DNA of 62,718 bases, taken from a virus. Positions 9,247 through 16,861 of the stretch are shown one piece after another. A program made the position numbers and the translations under genes. The stretch covers positions 1 through 62,718 of the IMG/VR virus record IMGVR_UViG_3300028901_000105. One strand, 5' to 3'. Position 1 is the stretch's first letter, and every line of letters begins with the position of its first letter. The notes beneath the pieces were generated by a model. The model searched no databases. It saw only the letters and a program-made list of their open reading frames with translations, and had not been told where the DNA came from.

Positions 9247-9800
9247 GTCGTGTTCGTTCGTTGTTCCTGCTTTATCTCGTGTTGTTCGTGCTTGTCCCGG
9301 TGGCCGCCGCACAGGATATTCCCGGCGTACCCACCACTGAAGACATTCTCGGCCCGGTCGCTGCAATCGCGGTCGCGGTCAATGCATTTGTAGAATTCGT
9401 CAAGCCGCGTGTTCGGACGACGAAATTCTCGGTTGGTGTACAAGACTCGCTGCTGCTATTGATCGCGGTGTCTGCGGGAATCGCTGCGGTGTTTATGGCT
9501 GGTGGGGCGGCGAACTTGTTTCCGAATATGCCAGTCCGCTACCAGACATTTGCGCTTATTCTTACAGGCGTAGTCGCGGCTTTCGGTGCTGAATTCCTGC
9601 ATGTGCTGGTCGATTTCTTGTACGCTGGTCGGGATTGGCTGCGACCGACGCCGGATGCATCCGAAAAGGTTTCGCGTTCGGATTTAAGCAAGGCGCTGCG
9701 GCGTAACGTCCCCGTGCCGGAAATTGGTACGGCTAAGGGGCAAATTGATGTGGATGTCTATCCTCGCTTGCACCCTTCGCCTCCTGACGAACGCAACTAA
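9243..9800 (+). CDS. Holin-like multi-pass membrane protein
   Basis: GTG start overlapping the upstream stop. Signal-like N-terminus plus about 3 hydrophobic helices. Last gene of the lysis block. Confidence 0.5.
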   Translation: MSRVRSLFLLYLVLFVLVPVAAAQDIPGVPTTEDILGPVAAIAVAVNAFVEFVKPRVRTTKFSVGVQDSLLLLIAVSAGIAAVFMAGGAANLFPNMPVRYQTFALILTGVVAAFGAEFLHVLVDFLYAGRDWLRPTPDASEKVSRSDLSKALRRNVPVPEIGTAKGQIDVDVYPRLHPSPPDERN

Positions 9801-9823
9801 CAGTCTAAAACCTGATGATTATG

Positions 9824-9850
9824 ACCGCCCTCCGGGGCGGTTTGCATTTA
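9824..9850 (+). terminator. Rho-independent terminator after the lysis block
   Basis: accgccc-tccg-gggcggt stem-loop followed by ttgcattta. Confidence 0.7.
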
Positions 9851-9870
9851 TAGAACTTCCGTGCTATATT
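9842..9870 (+). promoter_or_regulatory. Promoter, GAAC-N4-GTGC family (TTGCAT-N17-TATATT)
   Basis: TTGCATttatAGAACttccGTGCTATATT. It faces the ORF-free region 9871-10549. Confidence 0.55.
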
Positions 9871-9876
9871 TTCCTT

Positions 9877-10375
9877 GTCACGAGGCAAACCCTACTTCCT
9901 GTTTAAACAAGTAGAAAGGACTGCCTGGTAACACACGCCGCCGCCGAAATGGTATCGGTCGTTCCTCGAAGGGGAGCGCAAAGAGTCTCGGTACTCACGG
10001 CGGCACATGCGAGGGGGCGCTCGGCTTTCGCCCTTAAATCAGCAGAATGGCGCTGCTGTCCGGTAGCATCAGGGGGCAACCTCCGTTTACATGGTTGCAT
10101 TTCATTGGGGCGGTGGCGTCATTCTATCCCCGCTATACTGCTGACAATAGACGCAAACAAAACAGCAGTGGATAGCCTAACAGATGGTAAGGCGAGCCAT
10201 AGCCGAAAGGTTTTCCTTGCTTTATAGTCCGGGTGCAATTCCCGGCAAGGCTTCATACCCATATGACGGTTGGTAGGTTGGCGGGTGTGCGACACGTCGC
10301 TTTAAGCCGTAAAGCCGTCAAACAATGCCATTGCAGTTTCGTATCGGTGACTGTCCTACCGCAGTCACCCGCTTG
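9877..10375 (+). ncRNA. Large structured non-coding RNA of unknown class (boundaries approximate)
   Basis: Largest ORF-free stretch of the genome, with a promoter upstream. Many local helices, for example cagcag/ctgctg at 10040-10058, gcaacc/ggttgc at 10076-10098, nested ccttg..ccggg..cccgg..caagg at 10215-10250, and ggtgactg/cagtcacc at 10346-10369. Confidence 0.45.
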
Positions 10376-10450
10376 AAGGGTGTAGCTTAACCGGAAAAGC
10401 ACCCGGCTCAAGGGCGAGGCGATACTGGTTCGAATCCAGCCACCTTTCCA
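10376..10450 (+). tRNA. tRNA-like element (non-canonical anticodon arm; G3:U70)
   Basis: 7-bp acceptor aagggtg/caccttt with a G:U at pair 3:70. D arm gctt-aaccggaa-aagc. T arm ctgg-ttcgaat-ccag. Followed by cca. The anticodon stem has only 3 of 5 pairs around the loop ctcaagg. Confidence 0.45.
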
Positions 10451-10549
10451 TTTTAAAATTAGCGCTTGGCGGTCGGCAGCGCGGCCATAGTCCAGCAAGG
10501 GTTTCTTGTCTGTGATGAGTTGGCAGTCCCGCCACATGGTGTTTGTAGC

Positions 10550-12778
10550 TTAGCGGTAAAGCGCCTGATTGTGGTCGCTAACGTGATGCCATATCCACGT
10601 TTCGTCAACTTGCGGTTCGCACTCGCTTACTTGACTCTTCTCTGGCAAATTGGGTTCCAACGTTCGCGTCACTTTGCGCTCAACGATGCCCCGGCCATCC
10701 GGTTCGCTCATCTGCTCGGCAACCGCGACCTTGTACCCCTTCTCAACCAAGAGGTTAATGTATTGGTCAACGGCATGATGCGGGACGCCCGCCATTGGCA
10801 CACGTTCATCACGACTGATCGGACGCCCGGTAAGCACCAAATCGAGTTCACGCGCGGCGGTTTCGGCATCGTCATCGAAGGTTTCGTAAAAGTCTCCCAA
10901 GCGGTAGAAAAGGATGTGATTGGGGTACTCTTTTTTAATGTCTAGGTATTGCTGGCGCAGCGGGGTAACACGGGTAGCAGACTTGAAGGCCGAAACAGTT
11001 TTGAACGCGCCGCCGCTGGCGACTTGTACGAATTTGTCATTAGCTGCTTGAACATCTGGGTCTTCGAGTGCCAGATGAACGACTGGTGACATATTCAGCG
11101 TTTCAGCAAATGCAGCATCAGCAGCGCGGGCAGCTTCATTGACTTGTTTCACCCAAGCGTCTGTTTTAGCAAGATCATCCTCAACAGGCGGTGCGGTTGT
11201 AACCATATCCCACAAGCAAAGCATTCCATGAGGAAGGTTTTCAAACCGCACAGTCAGCGCTAATGGGCCGCGATTCTCAACTTTGCCTTTTGTGCCAGCC
11301 GGAACAATGACCTTTCCTTGCTCGTGAATATCTTCACTGGCATAAATGGTTGAACCTTTCTTAATTGTCTTTAGCGTGGCGTCGCTAGCCCGAGGGATAG
11401 GCTTGAGATTTTCAGGCGGTGGTACTGGGAAATCCAGATCAATGCCGTTCTCTGCTGCCCATGCTTCGCCAGCTTCAGTTATTTCAATCTTTGCCCAATC
11501 GTTGGTATCGGTAATAAACCCATGCTCCCGCAATGCCTTGCGGGTTGCCGCGTTCTTGACAACCGGTTCGCCTTTCGCTAGTGCCTGAAGGAATTCAACC
11601 TGTCGCACTGGTAGCATTAGACTTGGCGTATCAATCCGAATTTCAGGCAGATTATGTTTCGCTGCATGGCAGTTCCGGCAAATCACCTTGCCATACGGCA
11701 GCCCCATTAATGGCTTTGCCCAACCCGGTTGTTGAGCAGCGCGGTTCGACTCCGAATCAAGAAACACGCCGCACACATCACAACATATCCAACCAAGCCA
11801 ATCTTGACCGGGTTTAAGATCGCGCTTGGAGTCGTTCTCAACCATGTAGGGGCTTGTGCCGTCGGCTTCATTACAAGGCGGCAGCTTCATCACGCATTCC
11901 CAGCAGTACAACTCGCCATTGCTGGGATATAGGTCTACGCTAAGCTGTCCACATTGGGTGCAATAACGTGCTTCTGACTTAGGCGAAAATTCGCGGATTT
12001 TGCCAAACGGTGTCGGGCTGAAATGCAGATCGCGCTCAATGCGTAAATTGTAATGCCCACGCGACGCTCGAATTTCAGTGAGAGGGATATATCCCCATTC
12101 AGCACCATCGGGATAATCTGAATTGTAGGCATACCCAAAAGCCACGTCGCTTTTCGGATCGTACTCCACGATGTACCATGTCCATGAACTGTCAGGCGTG
12201 AACCAGCGGACATGCACAATCTTTTCCGCTGCCGGAATGCTTTCGGTTTCGTACATACCGGGGATTGCATGGCCGGGCGGAATAAGCACATAAGCGCTAT
12301 TGGAAGCAGGCCAACGATTGGCGGGGCGCAGCAGATGAGTTGGAATGACGAGTGTTGCACCTTCTACTTGTACACGCGAATGGGCTGGTAGTTCGCGCTC
12401 GATTTTCAACCATGTACCTTTCAGCACACCTGATGGGCTATCCCATTCAACAGAGTCACCGTCGGTAAATGAAATAACATCGTTTTTCTGCACTGGCGGG
12501 GGCGCAGATGCTTGGATTGCAGGCTGTGGCGGCTCAGATACCTTAATCGGCGTTTTGGGGCTTTCTGGTGCGTTTAACAGCCCTTCCATGCCGTACACAC
12601 CATCTACAATTTGCTGCACAGCATCCGGCAGCTTTTCACCCGTGTAAATCCAACAAACCTTTTTGTCGTCCCATTTACACCCGGCTTGACGCAAAGCATC
12701 TTTGTATTGGGGAACAGCCTTGATCTCCCAACTTCCTTCGACCTTTTTTGCTGTAACTGATGTTTTTGCTTTCGTCAT
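10550..12778 (-). CDS. Multidomain protein: DUF5710-like N-terminus, DUF2958-like domain, zinc ribbons, C-terminal MutS domain I (mismatch-binding domain only)
   Basis: The C-terminus QQYLDIKKEYPNHILFYRLGDFYETFDDDAETAARELDLVLTGRP..PMAGVPHHAVDQYINLLVEKGYKVAVAEQM..VERKVTRTLEP aligns with the bacterial MutS N-terminus, including GDFYE. The mid region FTPDSSWTWYIVEYD..FGYAY..EWGYIPLTEI..IERDLHFSP is DUF2958-like. CxxC pairs are also present. Confidence 0.8.
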   Translation of the reverse strand: MTKAKTSVTAKKVEGSWEIKAVPQYKDALRQAGCKWDDKKVCWIYTGEKLPDAVQQIVDGVYGMEGLLNAPESPKTPIKVSEPPQPAIQASAPPPVQKNDVISFTDGDSVEWDSPSGVLKGTWLKIERELPAHSRVQVEGATLVIPTHLLRPANRWPASNSAYVLIPPGHAIPGMYETESIPAAEKIVHVRWFTPDSSWTWYIVEYDPKSDVAFGYAYNSDYPDGAEWGYIPLTEIRASRGHYNLRIERDLHFSPTPFGKIREFSPKSEARYCTQCGQLSVDLYPSNGELYCWECVMKLPPCNEADGTSPYMVENDSKRDLKPGQDWLGWICCDVCGVFLDSESNRAAQQPGWAKPLMGLPYGKVICRNCHAAKHNLPEIRIDTPSLMLPVRQVEFLQALAKGEPVVKNAATRKALREHGFITDTNDWAKIEITEAGEAWAAENGIDLDFPVPPPENLKPIPRASDATLKTIKKGSTIYASEDIHEQGKVIVPAGTKGKVENRGPLALTVRFENLPHGMLCLWDMVTTAPPVEDDLAKTDAWVKQVNEAARAADAAFAETLNMSPVVHLALEDPDVQAANDKFVQVASGGAFKTVSAFKSATRVTPLRQQYLDIKKEYPNHILFYRLGDFYETFDDDAETAARELDLVLTGRPISRDERVPMAGVPHHAVDQYINLLVEKGYKVAVAEQMSEPDGRGIVERKVTRTLEPNLPEKSQVSECEPQVDETWIWHHVSDHNQALYR

Positions 12779-13059
12779 TATGCTACCCGTGCCATCTGCA
12801 CTAAACCTTCATGGCTGTAGTAGTAACATTCGTCATATCCAGCAGCTTCCGCTTCCGCCCGCGTCTCAAAGACATCTTCAGGGCTACCCTGATCGCAAGC
12901 ACGATAGAGTTTCCCTGTCCATTCATCGACAAAATAGTCGTCCGTGGCGTTGTCATCTGTTCCATGCAACCATTGGAAATCCTGCCAGTTCGCCATATGA
13001 CGGACATACTTGCTAATCCATTTCTGCGGATTACGAATGCGGCGCTTTTTCTTGGTCAT
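12778..13059 (-). CDS. Hypothetical protein
   Basis: 93-aa ORF, first gene after the promoter at 13098-13126. Its stop overlaps the start of the downstream gene. Confidence 0.65.
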   Translation of the reverse strand: MTKKKRRIRNPQKWISKYVRHMANWQDFQWLHGTDDNATDDYFVDEWTGKLYRACDQGSPEDVFETRAEAEAAGYDECYYYSHEGLVQMARVA

Positions 13060-13097
13060 TCCCCTGCCCTCCTGTTGGGGTTGTGTTGATATAGATA

Positions 13098-13126
13098 ATT
13101 ATACCGGGTATTACCCGGTATTGCAA
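13098..13126 (-). promoter_or_regulatory. Sigma70-type promoter with palindromic operator in the spacer (P1)
   Basis: The minus strand reads TTGCAA-TACCGGGTAATACCCGG-TATAAT. The 19-bp perfect palindrome TACCGGGTA-N-TACCCGGTA is at 13102-13120. Confidence 0.75.
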
Positions 13127-13160
13127 TGGGGAATGCAGAAATTGGACATGGAATGCGTTT

Positions 13161-13640
13161 TTAGCTTAAGGTCTGTGCCGTGTGAATCAGTGCAAGGGCG
13201 ATCACCATCTTACGGTTTAGGTGTTTGCCGTGTTTTAGGTATTTAGCTGCTGCTGTTTTCTCCAAAACCCCCTGTAGGGTTTTGAGTTCGCTGGCAACAT
13301 CCAACGCCCCAATCGAGCGTTCGCCCGCGTGAAGTTTTTCTTTACTGGAACTGGTTCCGGCTCGCGCGCTTAAATAGTGTTCAACATAAGATTGCCACTG
13401 TTGCGGCGAGATCGACGCAGAATCCAATGCCAGCTTCTTGATGCTAATCTCTACCAACAGCGTCAGATTTTCGCTGTAGCTAGGCAGCGGATAAGGGATA
13501 CCCGCCTCATCAGCGACATGCTGCAATTGACCACGCAACGTCTCCAATCCTCGCCCAATGGTGGTTATTTGAGGCAGGAAGGCGTCATAGAGAATGTAAA
13601 TGCTTTCGCCTTGTGGCAATCTATTTCGAACCTTATACAT
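13161..13640 (-). CDS. Hypothetical protein
   Basis: 159-aa ORF in the leftward operon. Confidence 0.65.
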   Translation of the reverse strand: MYKVRNRLPQGESIYILYDAFLPQITTIGRGLETLRGQLQHVADEAGIPYPLPSYSENLTLLVEISIKKLALDSASISPQQWQSYVEHYLSARAGTSSSKEKLHAGERSIGALDVASELKTLQGVLEKTAAAKYLKHGKHLNRKMVIALALIHTAQTLS

Positions 13641-14478
13641 GGCTGATCACCTCAGCCAGTTCATGGAGGCCAATTCGCCGCAGCGCAGCCGCGCAAGCCT
13701 TACGAACCTGCTCTGGCGTATGCGCCCACTCTGCCAGCAAAATTCCGGCTGCCTCTGCGTGAGGTGTCCCGTCCTGCAAGAAAAAGCCAGCCGCAAGTCG
13801 GACAAGTTCCTCATAGGCGCTGGTATCGGGTCGCCCTGCCTGCCCGTTACGATAAACCGTTAATGGCAATGGTGGGTCAGCATACACCACCCGACACTCA
13901 AGACCGTCCTTTTTCTCGGCAGTGACATATTCGTAGGCGACCTGCGCCGCGTCTTCATAATCGGCAAACCGCCGCTCAACCGCCAGTTCCCAATCCAACT
14001 GCTGGCCGTCCGCAAAGGTGGGTGAAATCCGCTTCTGGATGATGAACAGTGCTTCCGGCAAGCTCTCATCTGAGTCTATGCCTACAAAACCGGGGGTCGC
14101 TACCCGCGTCCCATTAAGCGCATTCTCAACATACCGCTGCCCGAAATCAAACACCGGAAATCGGGGCAATACCAAGCCATCTGGGACAACTCGGAAAACG
14201 TTGGCATTGGTCACACTGAACCGCCGGGCGGTCGCTTCCGCTTCCGCTTCATCGGGTTTGGTATCCACCGTCACCCAAACGACTTCTTTTTCCACCTTCT
14301 TCGGCACTTGGATGAGATAATCACCACCAACAGCAGCAAATCCCTGAGCAGTTAGTTTGTGATCTTCAGTCAAGTACCCCTTGCTGACAGCCAACTTGAG
14401 CGCCGCCGCTTGAATATGCGAAACGTCACCTTGCTTGGCAGCGTTCAACACCGCTTGCATTTTTGGCGATAGTGCCAA
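13633..14478 (-). CDS. Hypothetical protein
   Basis: 281-aa ORF with an 8-nt overlap with the downstream gene. Confidence 0.7.
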   Translation of the reverse strand: MALSPKMQAVLNAAKQGDVSHIQAAALKLAVSKGYLTEDHKLTAQGFAAVGGDYLIQVPKKVEKEVVWVTVDTKPDEAEAEATARRFSVTNANVFRVVPDGLVLPRFPVFDFGQRYVENALNGTRVATPGFVGIDSDESLPEALFIIQKRISPTFADGQQLDWELAVERRFADYEDAAQVAYEYVTAEKKDGLECRVVYADPPLPLTVYRNGQAGRPDTSAYEELVRLAAGFFLQDGTPHAEAAGILLAEWAHTPEQVRKACAAALRRIGLHELAEVISHV

Positions 14479-14494
14479 TTTAACACCTTTCTAA

Positions 14495-14698
14495 CTAGTT
14501 CTCAACCGAATGGTTGTTCTGGTCATCCCCAACGGGTTTCATTTCGCGGGTGCGGAATATATCCTCATCCGAGTCGTCTACCTGTGTTTCAATGGGACTG
14601 TTTGTTATTTGGTCAAACAGTCCCATATGCCACATGTGCTTCAGCCACGCGATATAGCCCCTTGATGAGATCGTATTCGCGTCCTTAGGAGGCCACAT
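14495..14698 (-). CDS. Hypothetical acidic protein
   Basis: Internal ATG (MWPPKD...) overlapping the stop of 14685..14951. 67 aa. Confidence 0.5.
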   Translation of the reverse strand: MWPPKDANTISSRGYIAWLKHMWHMGLFDQITNSPIETQVDDSDEDIFRTREMKPVGDDQNNHSVEN

Positions 14699-14951
14699 CG
14701 GTATCCTCCACCACAATGGGCAAACGGCCATGCTGGTAGGTGTAGCGGCAGTCCGCGAAAAACTGCTGTGCGCTCTCCAATCCACATTCCTTCGATTCGC
14801 TCCGCAGTCCCGCTTTCAAATACGGAATGCGCTGCTTGAGGGCTTCTATCGCTACGGGGTCAATGTGGGCGAACATGTCACTGGCAAGCAAGGCCAAGTG
14901 GTTTTCCAGCGATACCGATGCGTAATCAACTTCCTGCTGTATAGTAGTCAT
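14685..14951 (-). CDS. Hypothetical protein
   Basis: 88-aa ORF, first gene after the promoter at 15024-15052. Confidence 0.65.
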   Translation of the reverse strand: MTTIQQEVDYASVSLENHLALLASDMFAHIDPVAIEALKQRIPYLKAGLRSESKECGLESAQQFFADCRYTYQHGRLPIVVEDTDVAS

Positions 14952-15023
14952 AGCCCTACCTCACTAGGGTTAGCAGCAGTCATCGTTGTCGCAATCGGTG
15001 GCTGCTGCGCTTCATTTGATTCT

Positions 15024-15052
15024 ATGTTACCGGGTAATACCCGGTATGTCAA
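15024..15052 (-). promoter_or_regulatory. Sigma70-type promoter with palindromic operator in the spacer (P2)
   Basis: The minus strand reads TTGACA-TACCGGGTATTACCCGG-TAACAT. The palindrome is at 15028-15046. Confidence 0.7.
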
Positions 15053-15057
15053 ATTAA

Positions 15058-15087
15058 GAAAAAAGGCGATTGTCAAAAATCGCCTTT
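15058..15087 (-). terminator. Rho-independent terminator after the primase operon
   Basis: aaaggcgat/atcgccttt 9-bp stem, followed on the minus strand by a T run. It sits just upstream (in transcription order) of P2. Confidence 0.7.
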
Positions 15088-15172
15088 CGGGGTATGCTCT
15101 GAGGTGTGACATCTCAGCGGCTTTAGGGCTGTCGAGAAACCAACGCGCCTCGGATTTCCGGGGCGTTTTGGT

Positions 15173-16861
15173 TTACCGAAATTCAATCCGCGATTTCTCC
15201 GCCAGTTTTGCTTTCGCGGTCGTCAGGTCATCGGTCGTGAGCAGATAATCAACTTCCGCAATCAACCGACTCAACCGCAGTTGATACATCAATTCCAACA
15301 CATCATCTGGCTTGGTGTCGGACGGCTGGCTCACAATGGCCCATTGGTCAGCATCTAAACAGCTTTCTAGGTAAGCAATGGGTTCTACATCAAACTGCCC
15401 AATGGCATCCGTGAACATTTCGTAGACGTCTCCGAAGGTGGGAAAATCTTCGGCTTCAGGCGGTGGCGCTTGTACTTGACGAAAGCTGCGCCGGATACCA
15501 TCATACAATCCCGGCTGTGCGACCAGCGCCCGGATCACCGCTGTTTCAATACCCACGAGTTCTATGCGGGGGGCTTCATCTTCCGCCCATTTCTCCGGTA
15601 CATGTCCAGTCGCCATCATCAACACCTGATCAACAGGCAGCCGCAACCGGGCCGCTAAGGATTGCACATTCCACATTTTATAAATATCGCTCTCGCAGGC
15701 CATCAACGGTGGAATCAGGCGTTTAACCAGTTCGACGCGCTGCGGTAGTGAGGCATTTTCAGGCAGCGATTCGCAGCCTGTGCGGATGATGTAATCCGCA
15801 ACCGGTTCGGCACTACTCACCAAATCGCGCCACTGCTGCGGCGACTGCCTGATAATATCGTCCGGGTCGTGGTCAGCGGGCAATGTCATGACATACACAT
15901 CCCGTTCGGATTTCACCAGCGGTTCAATATTGCGGGCGGCGGCTTGCTGCCCAGCCTTATCGCCATCCAGCGCCAGCACAATCGATTTACTACCGCGCAG
16001 CAGTTTCAGGTGTGCGTTGGTGAGCGCCGTTCCCATCTGTGCCACAACATTCTTAAAGCCTGCCTGCCATGCCTGCATTGCATCCATGTAGCCTTCGACG
16101 ATCACCACCTGATCGCGGCACATTTCCCGGTCATAAGCAAACAACAGGCGCGATTTGCTGAAGATCGCCGTTTCCGGCCCATTCAGGTATTTGGGCTGCT
16201 GGTCATCAGCCATTGCACGTCCGGCCAGCGATACCACCCTGCCCCGTTCATCCCGAATAGGAATGATGAGTCGATTCCGAAACAGGTCATACACCCCTTT
16301 TTCAGAACGCCCCGCGAGGCCAGCCGCAAGGATTTCGGCTTCGGTGTAGCCCTGCTTTTTGAGATGATTCAAAAGCGTCTGATACCCGGATGGTGCATAC
16401 CCCAACTGAAAATGCTGCACGGTTGCAGGATTCAACTGCCGTTTTGTTTCGATGTAGGTTCGCACATCTGCCGCGCCGTTCCATTCGAGCAGGCAGCGAT
16501 GATAGACCTCGACAGCGGCAGCCAGCAGCCCATACAACTTTTCAGCATGGAAAGCGGCTTGTTTTTCGGCAGACGTTTGGCGTTTAACCTCAACGCCGAC
16601 CTGCTTACCCAATTCTTGAAGCGCCTCGCCAAATGACCAGTTGTTTCGCCTTTGGGCGAAAGCGATCACATCACCCCCGACCGCACACGCGCCGTAACAG
16701 TGCCACGTCTGCCGAATCGGGTCAACCATAAAACTGGGGGACTTTTCGCTGTGGAAAGGACACAAGCCTTTATAATGGCGTCCGGCTTTTTTGAGTTGAA
16801 CAAACTGCCCAACATAAGCAACAATGTCCAACCGCGCCTTGATGTCATCGACCGCGCTCAT
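15173..16861 (-). CDS. dnaG: DNA primase (DnaG-type)
   Basis: CHC2 zinc finger CPFHSEKSPSFMV..WHCYGCAVGGD. TOPRIM segment VVIVEGYMDAMQ..LALDGDKAGQ. Confidence 0.9.
   Translation of the reverse strand: MSAVDDIKARLDIVAYVGQFVQLKKAGRHYKGLCPFHSEKSPSFMVDPIRQTWHCYGACAVGGDVIAFAQRRNNWSFGEALQELGKQVGVEVKRQTSAEKQAAFHAEKLYGLLAAAVEVYHRCLLEWNGAADVRTYIETKRQLNPATVQHFQLGYAPSGYQTLLNHLKKQGYTEAEILAAGLAGRSEKGVYDLFRNRLIIPIRDERGRVVSLAGRAMADDQQPKYLNGPETAIFSKSRLLFAYDREMCRDQVVIVEGYMDAMQAWQAGFKNVVAQMGTALTNAHLKLLRGSKSIVLALDGDKAGQQAAARNIEPLVKSERDVYVMTLPADHDPDDIIRQSPQQWRDLVSSAEPVADYIIRTGCESLPENASLPQRVELVKRLIPPLMACESDIYKMWNVQSLAARLRLPVDQVLMMATGHVPEKWAEDEAPRIELVGIETAVIRALVAQPGLYDGIRRSFRQVQAPPPEAEDFPTFGDVYEMFTDAIGQFDVEPIAYLESCLDADQWAIVSQPSDTKPDDVLELMYQLRLSRLIAEVDYLLTTDDLTTAKAKLAEKSRIEFR
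16645..16660. repeat. TTCGCC-TTTG-GGCGAA palindrome copy 2
   Basis: Inside dnaG. This is the only coding copy in a different frame (FAQRR). Confidence 0.9.

Noticed and set aside
9949-10227. 92-aa ORF inside the structured-RNA region, and a tmRNA-like reading: aatagacGCAAAC resembles the E. coli tmRNA resume region and would give the tag ANKTAVDSLTDGKASHSRKVFLAL, with the stop codon sitting in a hairpin
   Set aside because: The ORF is Arg/Cys-rich with no RBS and looks non-coding. For a one-piece tmRNA, the 3' acceptor strand (caccttt) must pair with a 5' end about 300-400 nt upstream. The only complement (aagggtg) lies 73 nt upstream and closes a complete local cloverleaf. The gene order is also wrong for a permuted two-piece tmRNA. 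The case is left for a covariance-model test.
10535-10575. tRNA-looking string gtagcttagcggtaaagcgcc
   Set aside because: It overlaps the 3' end of the 742-aa CDS. No anticodon or T arm can be formed downstream.
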